From Atractiella rhizophila (taxonomy: Eukaryota): DNA of 64,000 nucleotides. Location: positions 1 to 64,000 of the forward strand of contig MU271407.1 of the NCBI GenBank assembly GCA_021432655.1, given 5' to 3'. Every line of letters begins with the position of its first letter. Within the stretch, counting starts at the first letter, position 1. Position numbers and translations under genes: made by a program. A model generated the notes under the pieces. The model was not told the DNA's origin and made no database searches. It worked only from the letters and a program-made list of their open reading frames with translations. Shown piece after piece: positions 36,136-48,659 of the stretch.

Positions 36136-36838
36136 ATGTCCAGTCCTGCGCCCCTCCGGCCAACCTACATCAAAGGCTACGAACTTAGCGAAAGGAAGTT
36201 AGCCGAATGGCTCAAAGTACCCGAAACTCATCCCAAGATTTTTCCGTGTCATGAAAATGACTGTCAAAGAATAGATTGATCACACCTAATATCTTTTCAT
36301 CAGTGGCAGAAGAAAGGTCGATGCCATAACAAATGAAACCGACATTGCTACAGTTGCGGTCTTGGACGAAGATTATGACGAAGGGAAATTGAAGAGTCGA
36401 GCTACACCCCCTTTTAGAATGACGATAAAGTGAAGAAATTGGCTTGGAGGATGAAGTCGGGACTAGCGAGAGATGCATTCGAGGAAATGAATATGAGCCG
36501 CAAATGCTGGTTTATCTGGATTGTTTTATCGCCAGTATCATTTCTGGACGTCAAAATACAGAGCAAACAAAGCTCCTCCAACTGGCAAACACTCAGGGGG
36601 ATCTATAAGCTGGCGCCATGTTGCGAACACCTCTCCTTGCCAGGAAAGCAATATAATATGATCTTCAGGATTCCGGTTCTGCGACCACTGATGCGAGTAA
36701 TTGACTTCGTCGACGTTTATGTCGGTGGACGAGACTACCACATAAGAGAAACATATAATAAGATGGACAAGGGATGAAAGAAAGAAGTGGTTCGGTGGCA
36801 ACGGTCATTGAGGATGAGGAGGGTAGGAGACGACCGTG
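36136..36838 (+). CDS. Possible small multi-exon hypothetical gene
   Basis: GCCATG start with MSSPAPLRPTYIKGYELSERKLAEWLK, then intron-like sequence. The splice path was not resolved. Confidence 0.25.
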
Positions 36839-37091
36839 AACACGATGGACAACAGCTCCGTTAAGACAATTATCATCACACTGCGGTCGTTCGCAAAAAG
36901 TGATCCATATTATCCTAGGAGTGTACTCCAACGAGACCGAAAGATGTACAGTCTCTCCGAAGAGGGCCCGTTTCGGTCAACAACGTAAAGAAATACTTTC
37001 AGCCCGTTCAGCGCTCTGATACGTTGTTGCTTTGCAATATATATGAGTGTGACAACAGGTTTTCACATTGCATGACCCAAGCAGCACTAAG

Positions 37092-38457
37092 ATGGCTCCA
37101 GTCCCAAATCCCAAAGTTGTTTACGACGGATTCGACAGGTTCAGGTTTGAAGACTCAGATGTCATCGAAGTTGATGCCGTCGAATTGAAAGACGGCCAAA
37201 CCCTTGTGCACACGCTGAGCGTGAGTCTAGACCCTTTCATGATCACTAGGATGTCAGGGACCAACTCGACCTTCCCGACATATGAAGAGGGGAAAGTGTG
37301 AGACGTCCTGTTTTGAAGATTATGAAATATGAGTGATGAACTATCCAACCAGCATCGACTCTCTTTGATCGGGAAAGTCTTACACACTAAATCCCGAAAA
37401 TTCAAAGAAGGTGACTTGCTTTTCGCTTTTGGAGGTAAGTCAAACTTCTTTTCATCCCCTGTATCGTCGCACCCCCAATGTCGACGAAACGAGCAGATTT
37501 CAGACGGTATTCGATCCTAGACGAAAACGACCCATTGCGAGGTCCAATCACCACCACTGTACCACCAGTGCCAATCGCCCCATCTGTCTGGTTGGGTGCG
37601 TTGGGAATGCCGGGTCCGCTCTATTTCGTTTCTTGAGAAGTCTCTAAGGTAGCGCAGGCATTTCCGCTTATGCAGGCTGGGAAGAATTCGCACGGCCGAA
37701 GGATGTAAGTTTTCATGGTCCCCCATTGTGCGATGAGAATCAAATGCAGTGTTCAGGGCGAGACCTGCTTCGTGACATCAGGAGCAGGTCAAGTTGGCTC
37801 AATGGCGATCCAACTTGCAAAACAAGCTGGTTTGAAAGTCATCGCTTCTGCTGGAAGCGACGAGAAACTGGAATTCATGAAGAGATGCGGAGCTGACAGC
37901 GTGTTTAACTACAAAACAACCAGTGTGGACGATGCTCTGAAGGCATTCGGGAAGATTGACGTCTATTGGGATAACGTGGGAGGCGAGACGACTGATATAA
38001 CCCTCAATCATATGAACAGACTTGGAAGGATGATTGTAAGTTCAAGTAATCTTCAGCAGGCTGATCAATAATCTTTGGCAAATGCAGCTTTGTGGCGCAG
38101 CATCGGAATACGGTGCCAAAGAGCATCATGCTTCAAAGGTGCGAATAAAAGCCTCCATTCACTGCTGTCTGTCTGACAGGGCATCAGAACTTCCACCAAA
38201 TCCATGACCTCTGCCTCAGTGTAAACGGGTTTCTGGTCTCGGACCTAGCAGCGAAGTACCAATCAAAGTTTTACGAGGCGATGGTTCCATTGGTGCTGGC
38301 CGGAAGGATAATATACGAAGAAACCGTTTATGAAGGACTGGAAAACACCACAAAAGCGTTCAAGGACCTTCTCGCGGTAAGTGGTTCTTTCGTAAGGAGA
38401 GGTATCCTGACTTGACTGAAGGGCAATGCCATCGGAAAGGTGACTGTAAAGCCTTGA
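37092..38457 (+). CDS. NADP-dependent MDR oxidoreductase (prostaglandin reductase / alkenal reductase-like)
   Basis: SVSLDPFM..RM, GALGMPG, GETCFVTSGAGQVGSMAIQLAK, IDVYWDNVGG and C-terminal GNAIGKVTVK. Confidence 0.92.
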
Positions 38458-39114
38458 AATAATGCAATAGATTCATGAACGTGGCTCTTATTGTATTTCT
38501 CTCACAATGTGATATCTTGATAAAAGAAGCTGGCATGAGGCATATCTGTCATCGGGAAGATGCAAAGCCGGTCGAAACTATGCCCTGTGCACTCAAAACA
38601 ACTGAGTTCGCTGCTTGAGCGGAGCATCTGCGCTTCGTTGCTCACTGCACTCGATATACTGGACGGCGTCTAACCAAGTACAGCCCGAACCAACGTCACA
38701 AAAAGTTCAAGTCACATAGATTGACAATGCGAGAGGCTTAATGAGAATGCAAGTAACATTCGAAAGAGGCTTGGTTTTCGCCATTGTAGCTCATTGCATA
38801 AGAATGATAACAGCCTCTCGTTAATAACAGCACTGTAGGGAGGCAAATACGCCCTCCTTCTGCTTGTCTGTTAAGGTAGTAGATGACATTGTGGAGATAG
38901 AACATTCCCACTCACTGACGGTCATCCTAAGAATACGAACCAAAACACTTTATTAACACCACCATACTTCCTCATTCACCCTCCCACCTTCCAAAATCAG
39001 CTCACATGTATTATCTCGGACCCTCAATATTAAAGCTAGACTACGTGATAAAACTATAGTGATCAACATCCACAAATTTTCCATCAACGTACAAGTTCAT
39101 CAACATTGAGCGCT

Positions 39115-41260
39115 ATGTCTTCCGTTGAGCTCATAAATCGTACGCACCCTCACTTCCGCCTCTGTTCTTGGCTCACTGCTGGGGTCACGCAGCAAAGGCA
39201 GAGTCCATCCGACGCTCTCAGGCCTTACAGGTCAACACCACCGGAGCGATTGGTCTAGCCAACGTTGTCAGGTCCAATTTAGGTAATCCTTCCATCTCTT
39301 CACTCTCCCTTAATCAGATTTCTGACACCAATGGTTTTCAGGTCCACGCGGGACGCTTAAGCTCCTTGTATCAGGATCAGGCGACTTAAAGCTCACGAAA
39401 GATGGAAAGAGCCTCCTAACTGAGATGCAGATCCAGAACCCGACCGCTTCGATGATTGCGCGAGCGGCAGTGGCGCAGGACGAAGCGACGGGTGACGGGA
39501 CAACTAGCGTGGTGCTCCTCGTTGGAGAGATACTCAAGTTGGCAGAGAGGTACACAAGCGAAGGCGTGCATCCAAGAGTTTTGGCGGACGGAGTGGAGAG
39601 TGCGAAGGTGGAGGTGGTCAAGGTATCTCCCATATTTCATTATCCAACGCCCCCTATCCTATTCCATTTTATTCCAGCTTTCACTTGACGGTGAAAGGAC
39701 GCTAATATGTGCACCAGTTCCTGGACAAATTTGCCGTTCCCCAACCGAATCCCACACACGCCTTCCTCACCTCCGTCGCATACACGACCCTAAGCACCAA
39801 GCTGCACTCTCGTCTCTCCACGCTTCTCGCACCCTCCCTAGTCGACGCCGTCCAGACCATCCGGCAGCCTTCCGCTTCCTCTTCGGACGGAGCAGGAGGA
39901 TATGAGCCCATAGATTTACATATGGTCGAGGTCATGAAGATGCAGCATAAGACCGATACCGATACTAGGCTCATCAAGGGTCTCGTGCTTGACCATGGTG
40001 GGAGACACCCGGATATGCCCAAGAGGGTCGAGAATGCTTTCATCCTCACTTTGAACGTCAGTCTAGAATACGAGAAAACGTGAGTCCCCTCACTGTTCCC
40101 TGCTCCCTTAAGATCTCGAATGCTAATGTATCGATGGATGGGGTTGTGCAGTGAGGTGAACTCTGGCTTCTTCTACTCATCCGCGGCCCAACGCGAAGCG
40201 CTGGTAGAGTCCGAACGTCGATTCGTCGACTCCAAACTTCAAAAGATCGTCGCCCTCAAACGACTCGTCTGCGACTCCTCACTCGATAAAGACGGAAATC
40301 GGACCGATGGTGGCAAAGAGAAGCGATTCGTAATCGTGAACCAGAAGGGTATCGACCCACTCTCTCTCGACGTCTTGGCCCGCGAAGGCATCCTCGCCCT
40401 CCGTCGAGCGAAGAGGAGGAACATGGAACGTCTCCAGCTCAGTTGTGGAGGGACGGCGATGAATTCGGTGGACGATTTGACGCCTGAATGTCTTGGATGG
40501 GCTGGATTGGTGTACGAGCAAACGCTTGGAGATGAGAAGTTTACATTCATCGAGGAGGTCCGGAATCCGAAATCCGTCACCCTCCTTCTCAAAGGTCCGA
40601 ATGCGCACACCATCACTCAGATCCACGAGGCTATCCGGGACGGATTGAGGAGCGTAAAGAATGTTTTGGAGGACGGAAAGATCGTTCCTGGCGCTGCAGC
40701 CTTCGAGGTCGCTGCTTGGTGGCATCTCATGAACGATAAAGAGGTGCAGAAGAAGTATAAAGGACGCGCAAGACTCGGGATTCAGGTCTTCGCGGAAGCT
40801 CTGCTCGTCATCCCTAAAACGTTGGCCATGAACGCAGGCCTGGAAGTGCAGGAGGTTACTGTGGGCTTACAGGTCTGTTTTTGTGCTCTTGTTTCTCTGC
40901 ATTTCTGTAGATGAGATTTGATTGTTTTCTCAACATAGGATGCATATGAGGAAGGCACACCTGTTGGCTTGGACTTACAAACAGGCGAACCGATGGATCC
41001 TGTCATGGAGGGAATATGGGACATTTATCGCGTCAAGCGACACCTCATCCACTCTAGGTTCATTTCTTCCTCTGTCCTCCTGCAGCATCTCTGACTTAGT
41101 GGACGATGTAGTGCTGTCATTGCTGGAAATCTGCTAATCACTGATGAGTTCGTCTTTCTTTGCTTTCTTCTCCTTCAGGTGGGGCCATATTCATTGTTCG
41201 GATAGAATGATGCGTGCGGGAAGGAGCTCGTTGAAGGCTGAAGGGCCTCCGGGAATGTAA
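39115..41260 (+). CDS. CCT6: Chaperonin CCT/TRiC subunit zeta
   Basis: [70 protein letters not shown] and MRAGRSSLK. Confidence 0.98.
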
Positions 41261-41448
41261 ACCAAATAACATGTGTCACAATAAAAATACAACGCTGAAT
41301 ACACATTCGAGGTCTCGATCCAGCTTCTGAGGCCCGAGGTCTCATTTCCACTACCAATCCACTCAAAGTATCTATTGTGATTGCTCTTCAGTGCTTTCAC
41401 ACATAACCATTGCATGAGGCTCCTGGCAATCGATTTTCAATTTCAATC

Positions 41449-42290
41449 TCAACTTCGATTGAGTTCATCCCACTTCTTCCCTAACCTTTTGATCTCGCCT
41501 GACATCACCGCCTCTCCCCTCTTTCCTCCATTGTGCTCTCTCTCTCCCTTCCATGCGCTCCATAACAACCCCTTAGCGACTTCCTCGTCGGTTATCTCCC
41601 ATTCGGAATTGATTGTGCTCGCGAGAGGCTTCACGATGGGGAACAAGACTTTGTCGCGGAGGGAGAAGGCGCTCCATCCTCTGTGAGGGAAGATGAAGGA
41701 TGGGCGGAAGGGGAGGGAGATGATTTTGTCAGGTGCCAGCTCGATGAGATGTTTCTCGGCGCGACCCTGTTCATTAGACGTAAGGGGCACTAACTTAGAA
41801 CGGGTGGGAGAGGAATGCTCACCTTGATCCTCCCAAACATTGCATAGGATGTTTCGTCCTGTCTCGCGCCTTCTCCACTAACGTAGATCATGTTGAATTT
41901 TCCACCTTCAACTGGCTCTCCCATCTCGCGACTCTTCAGAACAGCTTTTGCAAACTCCATGGGATAGGTGTAGGTAGCCATAGTATAATCCATCTCATTC
42001 ATCCCTCTGCTCGAAGGTCCAAGAGCCCATATACAAGCGGTGTGGCCTACCAGCAACGCAGGGTCGTACTTAGTAAAGTCGGTGAGAACATGGACTGTGA
42101 GCTTGGATGATGAGGGAACGGAGGCGGGAAGAGGACGGCGAGAGAGCACTGTGATGTGCTCAACGTGGGAAGAAGAGAGAGCTTGTCGGAGGACCTAGTT
42201 CAGTGTGAACCCATCGACAGAAGTTAGACGAAGCAGACCACCTACCTCTGACCCAACGAGGCCTGTTGCTCCAGCTAAGATAAGCTTCAT
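41449..42290 (-). CDS. NAD(P)-binding Rossmann-fold protein, paralog of 31006-31842
   Basis: MKLILAGATGLVGSEVLRQAL...GHTACIWALGPSS...FGRIKGRAEKHL; the two intron positions match the paralog. Confidence 0.88.
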
Positions 42291-44070
42291 CGTCCACAGG
42301 GTTATGACAGCTTTTGGGTTTGATTCTCGCTTTGGGGATTTTGGAGTCGTGCTGGATGACACACAGCTTAAACAACTTCCAGGACAGCTTCAAAGAACAA
42401 GTGTCAGCGAAGACTGGAGCAAGCCTTTTAATATATTTACATAGTTCCAGTTATCAAGCTCAAGGCCGACAAATCAGCGCAGAAGTCAGTGGGGAACTCA
42501 ATTGATCGAGCTGTTCCTCGCTTCGTTCATATTGTATGGTCGCGTCGCCAGTAAGAATCAGACAACTCTGTGATCCTGTTCAAACGTTCAAACACCATCG
42601 AATGGCGCTCCAACCAGCCTTTCATTCATTTCAATAGGAATTTTTTGGCGTTGAAACCAAGGCGGCAGCAGTCCCGTCCGAGCTTGCGCAAAGTCTCCTG
42701 TAAATACCCTGTTCTGTTCCGCGGCTGTTCGCCCTCTATTTGCGAGCATTTGCTGTTGGAGTCGGAACTTATGCGACAACCTGTCTGGCAACTCACTGAT
42801 AATTACGACGTTGCATAATGTTGGAGTTGTTAGCAGCCACGCAGAACGGGTGAAGTACAACTTTGGCCATTTCATTGGCAACAGGACATGCAAGACGCAG
42901 ACACGCCTCCATAGTTCGTGTTTGGGTTGGTGCTTGAGGACCATTAGAAGACAACCGCATGAGAAGTGCGGCCAGTGTGGCTTCAAGGTGAAAAGAGAGT
43001 ATTTGCAAGGCGACTCTTGAGAGCACATTGCACTTGAACCGCCGAAATCACGTGTGTCCAAAGCCATAAAGAAAACCACAACCCAGCACCTCTGCGCTTT
43101 GCTCCTCCAAATAGTCGGAGCAAGAATAACGGCGGATGTTCTAGATGGAGGACGGGCTAGAGGTTGCAGGGGATGCATATGATGGTGATACACGCAAGGG
43201 AAGTTGTCACCGAAAGAAGGAAGACAACCATTGAACATCAGTCCGTCAATTTCTGGAAAAGAATGACGACGTCCTTCTGCTTCAGAAGGATAGCCTTCTT
43301 GTTCGGATGACGAGGCGACGGCTGCAGGTTACAGGCAACTACAGCCCCTGTTGACCTAATTAGAGCACTTCTTTCTCCAGCGCTTTGTTTCCGCCTGCTG
43401 GAAGCTAATTAATGCGCTGATTCTCGATGTTGATCGTACCAATTATGGATTCAGTGCCTCTAAGGAGCTTAAACGAGCGCTTTGAACAGCTGTTCTCATA
43501 GGCTGCGAAATATTGAAGTAGGACAAACAGGGCACAAGGCTCAGGTAGTGCAGATAGTGGAGAAGCATAGCAGGATTGGATTTGAAAGGCAAGGAGATGA
43601 ATCAAGAGATGTTTGAGAACTTGCATTCCACGCCAAATGGTCTTCCTTCTTTGCTCTTTTGCGTCTCCCGATGGTAGCTTTGATCTACGTCAACACCTTT
43701 AGGCTTCTTGAGTCTCCACAGATGTTCATTGCTAGGCGTTCGCATGGTTCACTCGTTGGCTGCTCGCCAAAGATTGATAAATGACTTCTAATAGTCTTCA
43801 ACCGCCAAGATTGAGCAATCCTGTATCTGGCAAATTTTCCTTCAATGTTCAAGCTGCGATGCAGGCTATCTGGCAATATCAACAGAATACTCTAACACCT
43901 ATCGATAAACTTGTCACATAAACGTTTTACACATTCCTTCCTAATCCGGGAAACGACACCAACCGTCAGGTCATATGCCCTTCCAATGGTCATATAACCC
44001 TCAATGGCTCTGTTATTCACTTCCAGGACGTTTTTTTCCCAACAACACGGTGGCTTGACACTTGGACAAG

Positions 44071-44961
44071 ATGCAGGGAATCACCCTGCTCTTCCTCTTC
44101 ACTCCCACCTTCGCGCCCCGCAGCCCCTTGTTGCATCTCAAGAGGCAGGCCTCATCGTTCCCTGGTGGAACACCTGATTGTGCTCCTTTCTGCTTGGACA
44201 TCAAAATCACAGAGCAATCCTCCCTGGCACCGGGGACCGAACAAGGCAATTTGGCACAGGCTTGCCTCGTACAGAACTTCCAAAGAGCCTATGCGCACTG
44301 CTGCAGGGATAATTGCGTGGGTTCCTGTCATCCTTGTATTTATTTTTGTTGACAATAAGCAGCCAGAGGATGACCTACGTGCTGCCCTGAGCGCGGGAGC
44401 GGTGATCTGTCAGACAGCTCTGGAAGGTACCTCACTCCTCCTTTTTGGTAGTTTCGATGCTGACAGTCGATGGTCCTTTTGACTATAGCCACGTCATCTT
44501 CCTCTGCCGCCGCCTCATCCACTGTAACTCGGGCTTCGCTCTCGTCCAGGAGCTCGCTCTCACCCACTTCATCCGTTAACTCCTCCACATTCTCAGCAAT
44601 GACTACTTCAAGTACCAGTAGTGCCACTAGATACATCACTTCCTCCGGTTCTGTGACGAGCACCTTTGCTTCATCCTTGAGCTCAGCGCTTCAGAGTATG
44701 AGCAGCGAAATCTCATCGATCTCATTGGCGCTTGATTCAGAATTGGGAACTGCGACGACCGTGACCACGACCGTTCCTGTTCGTCCTTCTCTTACATCTT
44801 GATGACAAGAATAGGGATAACGATGCGTGGCGTAGGAAGCTAACAGTACCACGACCACCTCGTCAGATGAATCGTCGTCTCATGGATCTCGGGCTAGATT
44901 GTCAGATGAAGCGACCTTTGTTGGTCTGTTGGTCAGCTTCGGCCTGCTCTTCTTAGTTTGA
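44071..44961 (+). CDS. CFEM-like secreted Ser/Thr-rich protein with a GPI-like tail
   Basis: Hydrophobic N-terminus and KR site; PDCAPFC...GNLAQAC...YAHCCRDNC...AVIC; Ser/Thr stalk; C-terminus FVGLLVSFGLLFLV. Confidence 0.75.
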
Positions 44962-45448
44962 TCGCTGTTCTTTTCTTCCTTTACACTTGTTTTTCATCTT
45001 GGATAGATTAATAAAGGTGCATTTTGTACTTTAGACTTGCGTATGTGTTTATGTGATATTATGGGAATGGATCTAGTTATCATCCAGGTATCATCCAACT
45101 ATTGGGGTGGACTCAGAATATATACAGTGAGTCATGGGGAGAGTATGATTTTCATGACCTTGCCTAGCGTCCTCACTTGAGAACCCGGTGATGCTCTCCC
45201 GGATTGTGCCTGTACGTTTGCGCCAAGCTAACGATTGATCTTCACTACAGCAGAGAACCACCATTCAAAAAGTCACTCGTAGGTTGAGCCTCCGAGCATC
45301 TCATCGCGACTTGGTTTGTGTTCCTTTCGTTTTTATAGCAACAGCACCTCTGATGGCTGCCGAGCTAGCGAGACTTGCTTCTCATCTCCAAACCAACACG
45401 GCAAAAGGCATCAGTTCGAGACGTTCGGCAGTTGAACTTCGTTACAAG

Positions 45449-47758
45449 ATGCCTCCACAACGGGCTGTGATGTCCACAGCAGAAGAGCTGGAGCGCGCCA
45501 TTTCTCCAAAGATGAAACGTACACGCCCCTCTCGCTATTCGCGTTGCGTACCATGTCGCGAGAGGTAAGTTTACGCCTTTCCCTGTGGGCATGACGGAAG
45601 AGCTGGCAGCACAGGAAGGTCGGTTGCGACTCCGGTTCACCGTGTGAGGGATGCCTGAAGAGAGGGAGGGGGGAGGAGTGTTGGTACGATTTTGATAGGA
45701 GTGCCACAGTGAAAGGAAGGGAGAAGGATAGGTTTGTTGATGCATCCTCGTCAATATGGTTGATACAATCGCGCGCAGGGCAGATAAGGATAAGGTGACA
45801 ATTCGACAACAGCTCAATAGACTGGAGGGTGTACTTTTATCGCTTGCTTCTGGACACGGTTCCTCAGGTTCGACCAATGCGACGTCCTCAAGCGAAGCAA
45901 CTGCATCCCCTGCAAATACTGGGCACGCTGCCGCCGTTTGGAATAATGAGGGAAATTTCGCTGTGTGGGAGGAGGCAGAGCCGCTTGAACAGTGCGGGTT
46001 ATTGCACGCTGCCCTTCAAGAATTAATACTTGGATCTGGGAGAGGAGGAGTAGATGTAGAATCAGGTATTGGGGGATTGTCTGGAGACATCCTCGAACTA
46101 GTCTGTCTCTGTTGCTCATTGCATGCGATGTCAATTAAAGAGAGGAACAGTCGAAAGCTTCCCTCTCTAATCTCCCGGTTCCCACCATTCCTCCCGCGAC
46201 AGCAACAAGGAAGTTGGATTTTCCTCAATGTTTCTCCTTCGATGCTTCCAGCCTGCCTCCATTTCCGACTAGTCGGGATCTTCCTTGCACTTCAATCATC
46301 AGCGTTTCTATAGCATCCTTTCTTCAGACACTGAACACGATAGACATGCTCATAGATCTGCGTGTTCTCGCACCGGAATACCAGGATTTCACTCGTCGAG
46401 TCAATGCTGTTGATGGGCGGGAGACGCCATTGGACCACGTAGATCCAGGATGGTTGGCCACCCTTTTCATCGTTTGTGGGCATGGACTACATGTGGTTGG
46501 GCACGAAGATTGGGACGAGCTGTTGCGGACGGATGACAGCTTGAAGGGGATTGAAAAAGCTGACGTTATCAAAAGATGCGTCGAGATCTCAATGTCCATT
46601 TTACTTGCGAGCGGTATTTGTTTCATTTCCGTCTGCTTGTATGAGGGTGGACTTTAATGAGAGGAACAGACATCTTCATACATCCTTCACTGCAAGGGTT
46701 TCGGGCCTTGATTCTTCTCCAGGATTTCTTCGTTCGCACATCTCCGTCACCTCACGCTGTCCATGCCTTCACTCCGACCCTCCAATCCCTCGCTGACCGA
46801 CTTGGCTTATCTCAAGATCCTCTTCATCCTTCCGCTCCTTGCCTTGACGCAGATCTGGAACGAAGCGATCAAGAAGAGAACGCGGAGTTGAAGCGGCGCT
46901 GCTACTATGCGCTCTTGAGACTAAGTTGTGGCGCACCTTTCCTACGCGTCTTCATGCCAGTTCACCTCACCTGTCCACCTCAGTACACATATCCTCAAAG
47001 AGATAGTAGTGGGGCAGAGGATCACTTCGAGCAATCAGTTCGTCTCTCCTCTCTCATGTTCGCCTTCCAATCTGCGCACTATTCCGCCTCCCGCTCTCCT
47101 GTGACATCGTCCTCTCGCGCTGGAAAACGCGGCCTGTCCTCGAGAAAGCTGGATGAATTTGTCCACGCGTTGGACGACATCGAGCACAGCATGAGTGAAA
47201 CTTTGAAGGTTCGGACGGACGAAAGTGGAGAGCTCGCGGAAGAGATTTTGGCTGATGCCAGGTGGTTCAATCTCAGTCTGAGCGTCGCTTTCCTTGTCCT
47301 GTTGCTACCCTATTCGAGTATCGAGAGCGCAGAAGGCGATGAAAAGCAGAGAGGATTTAGAGATAGAATACGACGCCATGCTAGTGGGTGTTTCCTCTTT
47401 CTTCAACGACGAAAGAATAAATTGCTTCGTGGGGCAGTAACAATCATTCTCCTCCTTGAAAGGGACGAAAGGATTGATCGCTGCGTCATCCTCCAAACCT
47501 ATAGTAGCATGTATGCGTCTACTTCCGTTTCCACTGAACGAGGAAGTTGACATTAGAATCAGGGCAGCGAACGCTCTTGCTCTCGACGTTCTGGTTGAAC
47601 CGTATTCAAAAGAGTCCGATCGTGAAAGACTCCTCGTACAGCGCACTCTCGAGCTATGGAGTAACGTTGATGCAGCTTTCGCGATTATGGAGAGGGCCAA
47701 AGCTGTCGTTGAATGCCTAGTCAAGGTAGCAGAAATGAGGAGAAGCATTTCCACATGA
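45449..47758 (+). CDS. Zn(II)2Cys6 fungal transcription factor
   Basis: Spliced CVPCRERKVGCDSGSPCEGCLKRGRGEEC, then a coiled coil (IRQQLNRLEGVLLSL) and a middle-homology-like region (WLATLFIV...LGLSQDP...AELKRRCYYAL). Confidence 0.88.
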
Positions 47759-48659
47759 CCCTGAATTTCATTCCACAAGTTCGCTTTGTAGTATTGTATG
47801 ACTTATACGGATTCGCTCTGCTATTCATGTTTGAAGTGCTCCGGTCCTAGGTTTTTACTAATGTGTTGTCTGCAACATCCTCGCGTCGATGTTTCCACAT
47901 ATTCTATACCAAATGAATGTCCAAGTTACACCACTTATCTAACATTTCACCTCCCACACGCCCAGCAACACTCCCTCCTACACCCACATTTTCCTTTCCC
48001 TTCATGAGTATCTTTCCACCCAAAATGCTTCTTTATCCCCTCAAGACTGCTCTCCGCCCCTCCTAAACTCCACTCGAGCTTTTTGATCCCATTACCAAAG
48101 TAATAGTTGCCTCCACAGGGGGAGAGGGAGTCCGCTCTCTGATTAAGCTGAGAGCGCATGTAGGAAAGGTCGGAGGAGATATACGAGACAGTCTTGCCTG
48201 CGAACCTGGTAAACCACTAGTAGAAACCTGTTGCAAGAAGCAGCCGCACCTGCTTGTTTGCTTTGTGGTGGTTTGCTGGAGGACATTGCGGATCGCGAAG
48301 CTTCAGCGAGTGACGACAACAAGTTGAGTTAGGACTTTGTCTGGGGGAATGGTGAACAAGGTGAAGGAGATGAGTGATTGGTCGGGAAAGCTAGGCCCTT
48401 TATAGGCCTTTATGATTCATAAATAACATTTCACCTGCGATAATGAAATGAGGTCGCAATGGTGACTAGATGTAAGCATTACGTAAGCATCAGTTCAGTA
48501 ATTGTGGTGATCTCTTCCGTCACTGCATGGCATTGAACAAACGAACTGCTCTTTTTTCCTACAGTGAATGAATTAATGAGAAATCGTCTTCATCAACTAT
48601 GTCAAATTACTTCTAACTGATGTATTACTGATGTACTTATTAAAGTAATAAAGTAAGTT

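Noticed and set aside
42588..43626. 216-aa minus-strand ORF, a signal-like ORF at 43626, and a RING-like HxxC..CxxC on the plus strand
   Set aside because: No consistent gene model or complete domain could be built on either strand.
47947..48290. Small minus-strand ORF ending in CGCRRECCWAC
   Set aside because: The apparent ATG exon does not splice in frame to it, and no family is recognisable.
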